From assembly GCA_965153285.1 (NCBI GenBank), contig OZ229110.1: a DNA stretch of 64,000 nucleotides, one strand, 5' to 3'. Position numbers and translations under genes: made by a program. How positions within the stretch are numbered: position 1 is the stretch's first letter; every line of letters begins with the position of its first letter. Under the pieces are notes generated by a model. It saw only the letters and a list, made by a program, of their open reading frames with translations, was not told the DNA's origin and did not search any database. The stretch is from Podarcis tiliguerta. Taxonomy: Eukaryota. Of this stretch, positions 25,101 to 39,186 are shown in pieces.

Positions 25101-28100
25101 ATGGTTAAGGAGATATAAGAACCTCAAACTAGCAAATGAGGATGAACGATCATTATTGTATAACCTCCCCACAAACAGATCGGAACGAATGCTCAATGAA
25201 GACCAGACATGGCATAACCTCTGTCTGTGTAAGCTTTGTTTAAGCAAATCAGGATGACAGCTCAGTAAACAGGTTGTCTGAAGTAGCCGAAAGACACACA
25301 ATGCTTGGGGACAACCCCCACCCCACCAAAAAGCTTTGATTTCCCATGTGATCCTCTCACCCTGACTTCCATGTCTACTGTAGTAGCAAGCAAGAATAGT
25401 GTATTATTTATTGATGTAACGTATTTTAATCCTACCTCTTGGAAAAAAAACAAGGTGATTGTGCAAGAGTGATCCCACACTTTTTAAGCTGTGAGGTTTG
25501 TTAGCCATTCTAGAAAGCAAGGAAATGCTCTCACAGTCCTTTTATTCAAGCCTGGAAAGAAGGAGCATTGGAATGCAAGTAATCAGAGGACGCCATTCTG
25601 CTTTTGGTGGGAGAGAGGAGAGTGATTGGAGGTGGGCTGGAGGAAGCAGAAGGAAAGGAAAAGGACAGGCTGAGGAGCAGTGTGTGGAAGTGTGGGGTGT
25701 GTGGGCTTTAGCCGCAGCTTTCCTCTGTGCTAGCGAATGCTGTATCTACATATTGACTCGTTCTTGTTTTCCTTCCCAGGAGACCCAATGCAGATCAGAC
25801 CCTGGAACACCCCTGGTTCAAGGTAAGTCCATTTTCTGATGCCTCTTTAGAAAGAGAAGTGGGGCCCATGTTGGGTGGTGGTGCCTTTCTCTAGGCAGGA
25901 GAAAATCTTGGTAGCTCAAAGTGGGAGAGGTTCCTTCAAGCAAAGGCTTCTGCCACACATGCAGGGAGCAAAAGCAACTCTTTCCGGCTGCCTGAGCCAG
26001 AGGCATCTCTTTGGCCACTGTGGGAAACAGGCTGGACTAGATAGGCCTTTGTTTTGACCCGGCTACAGAGCTCTGCTTGTTCTTCTGACCCTGCCTGCTT
26101 CCACCCTTCCTTTCAGACATTAGCCAAGGGCAAGAGCATCAGTACAGATCATCTCAAGCTCTTCATATCTCGCCGGAAATGGCAGGTAAACTTGGTACCT
26201 GACAGCATGATGGCAATTTATTGATTGGTTGATTTGCAGTTGTGAATTCCCTCCAGCAGCAAAATTAAGGAGGGGGTGGCTGGTAAGGTGGACACCATTG
26301 TGCAGAAAATGCTGCCGTGGAGCACAAGTGGTGTGTGTGCAATTGTGAGTGTCTGTGTGTGCATATGACCCTGACAATTTTCCATGGTGCTCTTCACATG
26401 TTGTTGGTCAACCAACGTGTCCAATGGTCAGGGATGATGGAAACTACAGTCTGGCCTCATAAGGAGGGTGGGCAGCCAAGCCTGTGAAATGAGGTGTGGG
26501 TGGAACAGAGGCTCTGTGGGTCTTTGCTTGAGCTCCATCCCATTCTCCCCTCAGCGTGTGCTTTCTTTCCCCAGCGCTCCCAGATCAGCTACAAGTGCAA
26601 CATGGTGCCACGGCCGATTCCTGAGCTCCTAGAGGACACATCCAGCCACTTGTCTATTGCTGTGCCTCGCCTCCTCAAGGAGACCTCGGTGTTGTCCTCC
26701 TCTTCAGATTCTGATGACCCAGAGGAGTTGCCCTACATTCCCATGCCCCATCAGCCCGAATTTTCCGGCTCCCGCATGTCGCTCACTGAGATCCCAACAG
26801 ATGATGAGCCTCTCAGCCCTGAGGGGGCTCCGGCAGATGAAGAGGGCACATTGATGGAGTGGCAGGATGATGAGGGGCAGGGAGCTGTGGTGGATCCCAA
26901 GAGAAAGGAAGAAGCAGAGCTCTCTTTCAGGAGGCAGAAGGGCACGTTGCCACGGAAGCGCTCCACAGAGGCTGAGGAGCCTGGCTCTTCCGACGAGGAG
27001 ACTCGCGAGGCCCAGAAAAGGCCAGAGTACCCCAGGAAGGCCCTGAAGAAAGGCTCCAGCCTGGATTCCCCAGAAGCATCTGACAAAGCCTCGCGTAAGG
27101 GGGAGCTGCGCCGCGGCAGCTCTGCCGATAGTGCCCTGTTGCTCAGTCTCCCCTCGGATGAAGCGGAGCCCCACTCCCGCAAACGCCTGACCAAAGCGGC
27201 CTCCATGGAGCTGCCCCGTCGGAGCCCCAGCCCCGGCACATTGTACCGCAGGAAGGGCGGGCTGCCAGAGGAAGAATACACCCAGCGCCTGGAGGTCATG
27301 CGGCAGCGCCTGCTGCACGGCAGCCCCGTGGACGGCAAGCTGAGCGGCTTGCGGGGGCCGCTGCTGGAGACCCTCGGCCTTGAGAAAAAGGGCTTGAGGC
27401 CTCCCAGGCTGGAGAAGCAGCTGTCCCCCGGGCACAAGATGGTGCGCGCAGCCTCCAGCGAGACGGCTCCACAGCACATGCCCCCTGAGGGGCGCCTCCT
27501 CCAAAAGAGCAGCTCCTTCAGCCAGGGAGACGGGGAGCCTGTCACCCTGCATCGCCGCTCCGGAGCACCGCTGGAAATCCCTTTAGCCCAGGCCGAAGTC
27601 CAGAGGCTGAAAGAGACGCCGTCCCTCTCCGCTCTGAATGAATCCAGGCCCCACACGCCACACGAGGTTCCCTCCAAACCGCCTACCCCTGAGGCGGAGG
27701 CGGGGACAAAGCCCATCGGCAGGGCTAGCTTGAGGAGACCAACCGCCAGGGGACCTGAGGAAAAGGCGTTGGCGAGATTGTCCAAACCTGACGCTCCAGA
27801 AGCTGTGAAAGCCATAGGCTCTCCAAGGGAGTCAACAACTCGCACACCCATCTCACCCACCCCAGGCAGCTCGGCCCCCAAGCGTTCGGCCTATGCTGAT
27901 GTCATGCAGAGCCTGGCTGGAGAGTCATCCCAGGTCCCTCACAGGGAGGCCGCAGAACCTTCTGTGGCTGCCTCAGAAGGTATACCTCAAACCTTTCCAG
28001 CTGCAACACAGTCCCACCCCACTGCTGCCTTTGCCAAGAAGGCTGCGCAGACCCCCAGCAAGGAACCCTCCCCCCAAGTTCGCTCCTCCAGTGCTGAGCA

Positions 28101-31100
28101 CATCCTGGACATTGACTCTGAAGAGGTCTTTGAGGCCAAATTCAAGAGAGGCAGGGAAGGCTCCCTCAGCAGGGGCCGCAAGCTGCTCTCCCGGTCTGAG
28201 GAGCGGCAGCTGGCCGGGCCGCGGGAAGAGGGCATCTACCGGCCAGGCCCTGTGGGTGCCCCGCTGGAGCTGTCCAAGTCTGGGGTCTCTCGACACCTGG
28301 GCGAGCGCTCTCGCTCTGTGCAGGACCTGCATGAAGTGGAGAAGGAGGGCGGCTTCATCCGCAGGATGTCGATGCGACTCCGACGCACGCCTCCCGTCGA
28401 GAGGAGGAAGGCCAAGGAGGAGGAAGGAGGGGGAGCCAGGCTGTCTGGGGGCCTGGCTCCCAAGGACAAAAAGGACTCAGACAGCCAGCAGTCGGAGCCT
28501 GGCTCCAGTGAGTCGCCCGTCATGGCTGTGCGCAGGAAGATCGGGACCACCATGGGGCGCCTCTCCACGCATCTGCGCAGCCACTCGCAACGTGGCGAGG
28601 AAGACCAGGCAGCTGCTGCTGCTGGTGACCGTACCAGGCAGCCTGAGAAGAAAGCTCCTTTCCTCTCTCACCTGCGCCGTGCAACTTCTGAGGGGGAAAA
28701 CCTGCGTCAAGTGGGTATCCCGCAGAACCAGCTGGCAGCCCAGTCTGCAAGTGTCCCTTCCACAGAGTCCTTCCAGTCTGACACATCCACAGGCAGCGGT
28801 GAGCAATGGTCTACAACCATTTCCCACCTGGGAAAGCGGGTGTGTGTATTATGGTTGATGTTTCTCCATTGAGGGATCATGGCTCCTCTGGGCATGTTTA
28901 AAGGCATCCTTTATAAGTGCTGCATGACTTCTAACGTGGGGAAGGGAGTGAGGCTTACAAATTGTAGTTCCACCAAGTTGTTGGCCACTTTTTTGGTTGT
29001 GGTACAAGTTCAGGAAAATGCTGGAGGAACTGGGGATCAAGGAAGAGAGAAAAAAGAGAGAATAATAAGTTGGATAATATAGAGGATGCTAACACGGCTG
29101 AGGTGGAGGAGTATGTGTGATTTGAGAGTGACTAATCCTGCTCTGGGCACACCACACATTCAGTAGAAGCTTCTTCTTTGGCGATCACTTAGCCGAGTAA
29201 GATTGTCTTCCATAAAGACGGTTTTAACAATGAGTCTGTAAGTGACTGTGGAGGCCAATTCTGGACCCACACATCCTTCCACAGTGAGGATATTGGTTTC
29301 CGGGCGGGAGTTGATCACGGTGTGGATTTGCCAAGCGTGCCTTCCTCCTAGCACGTTTCTCCCTTGCGTCCTGAGTTTGAGTGTCTACAAAGCCCATGAC
29401 ACCTTTGGTAAAGGCTGTTCTCCAACTGGAGCGCTCGCAAGCCAGTGTTTCCCAGTTGTCAGTGTTTATACTACATTTTTTTAGATTTGCCTTGAAACAG
29501 TCTTTAAAGCAAGCACTGCGTCACTCAGGCCCCCCAACCATTTCCCAGGATTCTCTTGGCTTGCGCAAGAAAGAGCCCACCCATATCTGTCATTTTCACA
29601 GGTCCTGGTGAAAGCCAGCGGCGCGGTTCTCGCTGGGAACGCTGGAGCTTGTCCAGATCCAAGAAAGACAAGGTTGCTTCACAGCCCAACATTCCTGCCA
29701 GCCTGAGAGGGGACGGTGTTGTCATTATGAGTCAACCCTATGTGCTCAGCGAGTCAGGTATGCCCATGAAGAAGTGTGGGGCCAGAGCTGCCATTGAGAT
29801 AAATTCAGCCTGGTGTAGCTGGCCAATGAAAGCCTGAGTTGCTCTCACCTGTTCAGCTATGCTAGAAAGTTCCAGCCGCCGGGGCAATTAGAGTGGGCCG
29901 TTCTAGGGAAATGTGATGGCGAAGGGCTGAACTTGTGTCTTCTCCACTCCACTCTATAGGGCAGGGGTGGGAAACCTTTTTCAGCCGGAGGGCCACATTC
30001 CCGCGTGGGCTGCTTGTCAGTGGTGAGCACAGCCGGGGCAAAACTGAGTGGAAGAGGTGGGACTCCTTAGAACAGGCCAAATTCCAGTCATGCAAAAGTC
30101 AGAGGTTACTCCTCACACCTCTAAATGACCAGGCAAGGAAGAGGCATTATTACCATTCAGGGACACATTCTAGCTAGGCAAAAACACTCAAGGAAATAAT
30201 GGAACAGGACCAGTGAGGGGTGGAGCATGGGGAAAAGGGGTGGAGCCTGTAGAGAGAGGCATTGTGTAGAATTCTGAGGGCCAGGCAGAGAGTCCTGTGG
30301 AGCTGCAATTGGCCCCCAGACCTGGTGTTTCTCCAGCCCTGTTACGGGGATCATTTCTATGCTGGGGATGGTATTCCTGCCAAACCTTTTAGCACCATCT
30401 GTGTGGTACTTGGAAGCAGCCTCGGATTTACCCCTTTTATTCTTTGTCCAACGCAGACTTCCCTCCAGTTTTCCACATAAAATTGAAGGACCAGGTATTG
30501 CTGGAGGGAGAGGCAGTGCAACTCTGCTGCCTTCCTGCAGCCAGCCCTGCCCCTCGCATACTGTGGATGAAAGGTAAGCATTGTGTCACAAGGAGCGTGT
30601 GTGTCTGCATGTTGGGGCAGGAAGAAGCAATATAGTTTCTTGACTCTCAAGATCAGAAAGGTGGAGTCTGATACCTGCCGAGTTGTTTCCCAGTGTGTGA
30701 TTCCTAACAGGTATCCTGCCAGACAGCCATGATGCAATGCCACCCAAGGCAGGTTCAGACACAGAGCTAGGAGAGGTCAAGCCCAGAACCGAGCTGCCAT
30801 TTGGGCGTCCATGCTGACAGACCTAGCTGCATACCCCTGCATCACCATGGTGCAAATTGTGTATCCTTGCACTGGTTGCCATCCACATGGTTACATTCTC
30901 TTGGAACTCAGAAGTGCCGAACTCTGTTGGGATAGGGACCCCTTGGGTTCAGCCAGGAAAAGAGGTACTCCAACTTCTGATGAAGCTCACATGTTTGAGT
31001 AACTGAGTATGAACTCTGTGTCAAAGATGCATTAGAGCACAAGCTACAGGAGGAGGATGTAAGGCAGTGTGCGATATTGATATACCTAGAGTGGTTGTAC

Positions 31101-34100
31101 GGATCGGTTTTCTTGTCCTCTGCAGATAAGAACACCCTGGTATCAGAGGGTGTGCTCAACATTGTGGCATGTAAAGATGGCCGCCAGCTGCTCACCATCT
31201 CCAAAGTCTCCAAGAAGGATGCAGGCTTGTATGAATGCAACGCTACCAACGCACTGGGCACTGCCACCAGTTCCTGCACCCTGGCTGTAGCAAGTAAGGA
31301 TAGAAAAAGAGTGCGCTGTGATTCCCCACCACCCCAGCCAAACATCTATGAGCTTGTTGCGGCAATATATCTCATGTAGCAATGGAAGAGAAATATGATT
31401 CAGTGTGCATTGACAACCGAATCTATAAAATTCACCTATTCTGAAACAGCTCTCCCTTTACATTCACACTCATCTGAATTTTGAAGTGCAGTTCTCCAAC
31501 CAAATAATCTTTACAAAAATGCATGTATTATAGGAATATATGCATAAAAATGAAGATATTTGTGTAAATACGTGTACCTTAGTTTTTTTAAAAATGCATG
31601 CAGAAATTTATCAAGAGAAATTTGTACTGAAATGATGGTACATGAGTTTTGTTTTTTTTTTAATCCACAAATTCCTGCAAAATGTGGAGAACTGAATTTA
31701 AGACGGGGGGAAAATAGAAACTGTGAGAAACGAAATCGACAGATCCTTCCATCCCATATCTCATTGGTTATTATCTCATGCTTTTCCATTCATTTCTCTT
31801 TTCTCAAACCTGTTCCTAACAGAAATTCCTGGGAGACCAGGCACCCCAGAAATCCCCCAGAAGTACAGGAACACAGTCCTGGTGCTATGGAGGCCAGCAG
31901 ATACTCAGGCACCCTGCACATACACGCTGGAACGGAAGATGGATGGTATGAACTGGTGGGGTGTGGAAAATATTGCCAGCTGCTTTCTGCCCTTTCCTTT
32001 GCAGAGGCTTTAGTCGTCACATGCATTCCCCTGGTTCTTTGTGGACCTTCTGGGGCTCCATATCCACCACCTCCATGTTCGCATGTGCAGAATTTTTTAT
32101 TCTTCTAATAAGGCTACAGTGCAACTTGCAGCCATCTTCTCATTCCTACTCCTTTAGTTGCCTGCCCATTCCCAAACAGCTGGTGGTACATCAATACCGA
32201 AAAGTATTGCTTCCTAGCAGTCTCCCTTCCCCATCCTCTTGCATTATATGCAGTTCAGTTACAGATTCAGTCCAAATCTGAGGACAAGATGCGGAGTTCA
32301 TCACCTTTCTGTAGAGATGAGTGTTTAGATTCAGTCTTCATGCAAGGCACAACCTCTTCCAGTGAGCCCCCCCCCCCCCCGGAGGCAATATCCAGCCACT
32401 GTCACACATGTCTTAGTAACATGATCCAGATTAGCAGATATGCTGCACGCCTTACATGGAGCCGATTCTAGAAAAGAAACTTCTGAAGTTCAGAAACTTC
32501 AGCTGGTGCAGAATTCAGTAGCTAGGATGGTACTTATCAGAGCATATGACTCCAATATTGTTCATTGGCTAACTGTTCCTAATTCAAAATCCTGGTTATG
32601 ACTACAAAGCCCCAAAACAGTTTGGGACCAAGCAATTTACAGTCCTGTCTTATTTGTATTCTTCCCCATGCTTTGTGGAGCTCTCTGCCCTGCCCTAATC
32701 AATCCTCTCTTTACCTGCATTTCAGTCTGATACCAAATCTTTTTTTCTTGTACCGTGTTTTCATTTGATTTCCCCCCCTGCATTCTGTGGTTTTATTTTT
32801 TTGTTTCTGATTTTCAGCATTGGTTTTGTTTGGTCTTTGATGTGTTATATTTACTGCATATAGCTTTAATTGATGTATTTCTTCCCCCGCCCCAGGAGAG
32901 CATGAGTGGAAGTTGGTCAGTTCAGGCATCGCTGACTGCTACTTCAATGTGACAGATCTCCCCGTTGCGAGCATGGTCAAGTTTCGTGTTGCCTGTGCTA
33001 ACAAGGCTGGACAAGGCCCCTATAGCAACCCCTCGGGGAAGGTCTTCATTGAGGGTGCAGGTGAGGACAAGGGAGGTGCTCTTAGTCCTGACAGTCTGAA
33101 CCAACCAATAGGTTGCCATGGCTGTGTACACACCATACAATGAAAATACATTCCCACCACTACCAGGAATCCTAGGAGCTGTTGTTTACCCCTCCAGGAC
33201 CTTTAACAAATTACAGTTCCCAGGATTTTAGAGGGGGGATTTGTTTCAGATATATGGTATGCTTCAAAAACTGAATGGTGTGTATGCAGCCATTGTGCTT
33301 GCAAGTACTCTACAAGCCATGTCCTAAATTCTGGCTGCAAGCCCACCTCATGGTGTCAAGGTGCAGCTGCCCTCGGTAGGGAGGATATTTCCTTTATTGA
33401 GCTGGCTCTGTCATAGTTGGGTTTCCCACTGTTTGGTAGCTGAGAGGGGTTCCCTCTATAGATTTTCCCTTGCCTTCTAAAAGAGGCAGGCCCTCCACTT
33501 TTGAGCCTAAATCAGCCTCTTCTCCTCTCCCAGAACCCAAGACTGCCTTCTCAGCTCTCACTGCCAAAAAGAGTACAACTGCCCTGGAGAAAGCCGCTTT
33601 CACCAGATCCACCCAGACCCTCACTGACCAGTCTCCCCAACCCGTGCGCAGAAATACAGGTCCCCTGCCGTCCTCCCCTCCCAGGAAGCACAAGGGGGCA
33701 GTGCCGGCACAAGGGGGGAAGGCTCCTGCTGCCCCCAAAGTGACTCAACCTGAGGAAAAGCCTCTGGCCACGGTGAAGGCCAAGCTCCCAATTGCGGCCC
33801 TGGTTCCATCCTCCAAGGAGGCCTCGTCTTCCGAACCTCCAGCTGTTGCGCCATCCACCTCTCCAGAGCCAGACTCGAAGCCTTCCAGAACAGCATCTTC
33901 TCTCAGCACCCACAGTGCCTCAGTGCCCACCAGGGTCTCGCCTGCTGCGGCATCCTCCCCTGGCTCTTCCGTCTCCAAGTTTTCGCCCATCTCTCCTGCC
34001 TTACCAACCCCCGCGGCAGACTCGCCAGTGACCATCTCCCCGAAAGCTGTTCCCTACATGGCCACCTCTTTCATCTCCATCCCACCAAGGACGCCCAGCA

Positions 34101-36946
34101 CGACGGAAGGTGCACACAGCCAGCCAGTTACCCCCAGCCCAGAAGAGGGGCCTTCTCACACTCGCTTCCTGAGCCGCAGCACTACCCCTGGGAGTGGGGC
34201 TCAGAGCAGGCTCACTTCAACTTCCAAGGACGAGTCGTCGTTGCGCCAAGGGGTCCCTCAAAAACCCTACACCTTCTTGGATGAGAAAGCAAGGTAAGAG
34301 ATCTTTCATAGGGACATAGGAAGCTGACAGCCCAGTGCATGAAGTGGTCATTCTGGTCCACTGTTATCTAGCTGTTAGTGCTCCAGGTTCACAGGAGAAA
34401 ACCTTGTTCCCAGCCCAGCACCTAAATATGTCAGGGTCTGAACCTGAGACCTTCTCCTAGATAGTGTGCAAAGCAGCACAGAATGATGCCTCCCTCTAGT
34501 CCATTTCTGGACCAGGAATTTCTCAGCATTGGGTGCAGCAACCGACCTTCTCTGATCCTGGATATAACCAAGGGCTCTCATGTTGTGGCCATAGCATTAG
34601 CAGCCTCCTTTGCCCCTGTCCGCTGCCTCCAAAGTATCTTCAGAGATTTAGACCCCACACCAGAAGCCCTCCTTCTCCTCTGTGCCCAAGCGATGCTAAA
34701 CCCCCTTCCATTCCCTTGTGGTACATTTCAGTCACGCACTTGACTCTCCGGCTCTCATCTCCACAGGCCCAATCACACAACCATGTTTATTGCATGAAAA
34801 TGGCAAGAATCATATGGCAACTGTTTCATTTCAACTAAGCCGACGGAGATTAAACTTGTCAAACAAATTCAAGAGCTCTTTCTACGCATTATGCAGTTTA
34901 AAGTAGTAGACTAAAGTGGTAGAATTCTGGATTGCACTACTTCATACTGCTGTGGCTGGGCAACACATATCTTTGAATGTTCCCTCCAATGCTTTTAAAA
35001 AACCTTATATGTACTAAACTAGCTTGTCAGAAACATTTAGTTATAAACTCTCTTCTTAATGTGCTTGCTTACTACATGCAATGAACTTGTTACAAGATGG
35101 AGCATTCAAAAATGTGACACCTTCGCAGCTGTGATCTGGAGTGGTACTGTCCAAAACTGTACTATCACAGTCTTATAGTCTCACTCTGTAAAGCAGATGG
35201 GGAACCTCCAGCCCACAGGCCAATCTTGGCCCACTCTGTCTCAGCCAATCCTGGGTAATTTAACCATGTGAAAACTGTTGTCATATCCATTGAACTCTGT
35301 GGTTACATGTGCAGTGCTGTGTAACAGAAGCTATGTACACTGTGCCTTAGCTTTTGTTAGGCAGGCCTAGCAAGCGTCCAGACATGCACTTGGCATGCTC
35401 CATGTATATATGTGCAGGGGCCGGTTTGGAGTGATTCGGGAATGCAAAGAGAATGCCACGGGCAAGCGATTCATGGCCAAGATTGTGCCCTATGAAACAG
35501 AAGGCAAGCAGAGCGTCCTGCAGGAATACGAGATCCTAAAGGGCCTACACCACGATCGCATCATGACTCTGCACGAAGCATACATCACCCCCCGCTATCT
35601 GGTGCTGATAGCTGAACACTGCCCTGGGAAGGAGATCCTCTACCACTTTGTTGACAGGTTTGTTGGGGGGTAGGTTGGGAGGCAGGAGGGGGTTAGGGGT
35701 GGGACTCCAGGATGTTAGGAGGAGAAGCTCTGTGTCTGAGGGCCAAGCATGGGTCCACAGAGGGGTTTGGCTAACTAGCAAGGTAACAGAGAGTTGCAAA
35801 CATAAAAACCAGGACGAGACAGAAGTGTTGGTCTAGTCACATGCAATGGGGGCATGAATCAGTTTGTGGGCCTGAATCAGTTTTAGTTGACCAGAAAATC
35901 CATGGCAGAGGTGATAACTTGGCAATTGAAGAGGACAAACTGTGCCAGAAAAAAATGGCACAAAACTGACAAACTGAGACAAACTGACAAACTGAGTCAG
36001 AATAGTAGAGCTGAAGGGAAATAAAAGTAACACAGTCCAGATACCTCCACTCGACCCAAACATTTGAACCTATTCCTTGTCATCTTCTGCTTTATAATGT
36101 GGAACAGCAAGAGACAAATAAATTATGCTATGCTTTAAGACACTGTAGGACACCTTTAGTAAAACACATCTAGATGGTTCAAGGAAGGGCCTGGCTTGAA
36201 TGAAGAGTAGTTAGTGAGTGAGGACCACATTATACAGAGGAATTTTTTTCCTGCAATCTTACTTCTGTGAATATGTAAAAGATAAACGATATAAACCTTT
36301 CCTGTGCTTTGATGTTATGAGATTGACATGAGCGGATTCCTGTGAATGTGCAACTTGATGGGTTTACAGTCATTAGTTGTTAACCCTTGCCTCTCCTATT
36401 CCTCTTGTGGCTGAAATGCATAGTATATGTTCCTTGAGGCAAAGACCTTTTTTGTTGTTGCTTTGCATAAGAAAAGGGGTGAGGGATTCATTGTCCTCCA
36501 GATGCTGTTGAATTCTGCCTCTCATCAGCACAGCCAATGGCTGAGTTGGTGAGAGTTGGGAATCCCAAAAACATCTAGAGGGCCACTGATTCCCCACCCC
36601 TGCTACAAAGCACCATGTCAATTGATGGCACTGCCATCATGATCATATACTGGCAGCAACCTCAGATCTCTGAGTGCCAGTCCTCATGTAGCCAAAACAG
36701 TGCCACCCATGAACAAAAGGCTCAGGGAAGCCCCAAGGTTTGCAAAAGTACAAAACATTTGTGGGGGTGGAGAGACCTAAACAGCCCAATAAGAACTGAA
36801 TGTGCTCAGTGGGCATAGAATGCAGACCGATGGGTAGAAATGGAATGCAGTATCCTGACAGGAGATACTGTATTTTGTCACGTCCCACATGTATAAATAG
36901 TAGTATACTAATTAGTAGTATATCATGATAACAATGATAATAACAA

Positions 36947-36985
<39 letters not shown>

Positions 36986-39138
36986 GTGTCATCGGATCAT
37001 AAGTGGCTTTCTGTTGTGCAACTGATACTCCTTGCAACACTTTTAAGTGGAATTTCTTTTTTCAGAAGAGTCTATATAGAGCACAGGTTTCCAGAGCCTC
37101 TTATTTTAATTTTAATGCATTTGGCAGCCAAAATGTCTATGTCTCTGTCCTGGATCTAGCACTGTTCAATATTATGATTAATGACTTCAGTAAAACATTA
37201 GATTTTGCTGATGATACAGAACCAGAGTGGGTGGGGGAAGGAATTGCAAAATGTTTAGGCTATGATTCAAATCAGAAAGATCACAATCAGTTGGAGAATT
37301 GGGTGGGCTGGGGGTAAAACACCCAAACCCAACAAATGGATAAAACACAGGACAGAAAACCCCAAGTGGACACAAGACAACTAGAGGTAACTGCTGCCTA
37401 TTTCCCTAAAGGGTTGAGGGGCTGCCTCGCCCCTATGTTTCAGACTCCATGTGATTCTTCAAACCCTGCTGTGGTTCCAGCAACCTGATAGCCCTCTCCT
37501 CCTCCATGAATTTGTCTCATCCTCTTTTCAAGCCATCCAACTTGGTGGCCTTCACTGCCTCCTGTGAGAGCAAGCACCATAGCTTGGCTGGTGCTGCGTG
37601 AAGAAGTACTGTACTTGGTTTTGTCTGTCCTGAATGTTCCAACATTCAGCTTCAGCAGATGTTGACGAGCTCTAGCATTATAAGAAAAGGAATATGGTGG
37701 TGGTATTTAGTCACGAAAAGTGGAATCTACAGCAACATGTTGCAGTGTGGAGTGCTTCTGTTCAGTCAGCCCCTCGTGCCTTTGTTCCATTTTCCATTCC
37801 ACCCATTTCTCTGATGTTCCTCCAGCCACCGGTCAAAATTCCATGGCTGCTAAGTCTGCTTAATCCTCACTGGGATGTCCTTTGGGGCGTTCCTGTCCTC
37901 CCTCCTGTGTGGGGGCAGTGCTATTTTGATTGCACGTGCAAAGCCTAAGCAGCAGGAACAAAGGAAATTGCAAAGTAATGTAGAGCAGAAACAGGGTGGT
38001 GGTGAAGTGACTGAAAGTAAAAATGAAAATAAGAAAATAACATATTGATCAGCCATTGACCATTTAATTTCCCCCGTTGTCACACAGCAACACACAAGGA
38101 TGAGGTTGGGGTGGGGTTAAAATTTTAACTTCCAACCACTGTCAGCAAAAGACATCATAGGTGGGCTTTGAATGGGATTGTACAGACAGGGAAAAGTTTT
38201 TAAAGAAAAGATCAGTTCAACAAATGTATAAAACAGAAACAAAAATAAATGTATTAGCTGTTTTTTTTAAAAAAATAAAATATAATCATGGGTCTGCACT
38301 GTGTATAACATAAACTCACCAGTGTGCTTATTTAGGAGTAATGGTACCATATTGTTGTTTAATTGTACCAGTACAAGTGCAAGTGCAAGGGAAGGGTTCT
38401 TGTGTCCTTCGCTCTATCCTTTCGAAGACATGCTTTACTCTACAGGTTCCGTTACTCAGAGGATGATGTGGTGGGGTACGTAACACAGATCCTCCAAGGA
38501 CTAGAATATCTGCATGGGCGGCGCATCATTCATCTTGACCTGAAGCCTGATAACATCATCGTCAGCCCCACAAACACATTAAAAATTATTGACTTTGGCA
38601 GTGCCCAGACCTACAACCCACTGGTGTTGCGCCAGCTGGGGCGTCGTGTTGGCACACTGGAGTACATGGGTGAGTATCTTTATGGGATTGGCATACCAGA
38701 AGATTGGGTAGGGGAGGATGTGCGTGAGATTTTGTGGGCAAAACAAACTGCTTGTGGAGTTAAGTTTGCCATGGAATGAACATAGGTGGTACCTATAGGC
38801 CGAGCTATACATGTGGCTAATGGGTTGGAGTTGCATACCATTTAATTGACAAAGGGACTAGCATCAAAGAGTGGAGATGGCAGAAATGGGGGGATTCCTC
38901 CCTCCCCAGAATGTTAAGTTCTTGGTTTCGTAGGCTACTCTTTTGCAGGACTCACACTAGGAGATGAGGACAGAACTTTAAATCATAGAGTTGGAAGGGA
39001 CCCTAAGTATCATCTGGTCCAACCCCCTGCAATGCAGGAATATGCAGCTGTCCCATACACTGGAATCAACCTGCAACCTTGGCATTATCAGCACCATGCT
39101 GTAGCCAACTGAGCTTTCCCCAAACACTTTACTGCTAG

Positions 39139-39186
<48 letters not shown>

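Noticed and set aside
26704-28827. Long antisense and alternative-frame ORFs (376, 282, 321 aa) over the giant SPEG exon
   Set aside because: Expected shadow ORFs of a GC-rich coding exon; no recognisable domains
30977-31005. CTGATGA followed by a hairpin, hammerhead-like
   Set aside because: No GAAA after the stem and no Penelope context
34288-35430. Kinase 2 glycine loop ARGRFG lacks the first Gly
   Set aside because: As I recall, human SPEG kinase 2 has the same sequence; a family trait rather than a lesion
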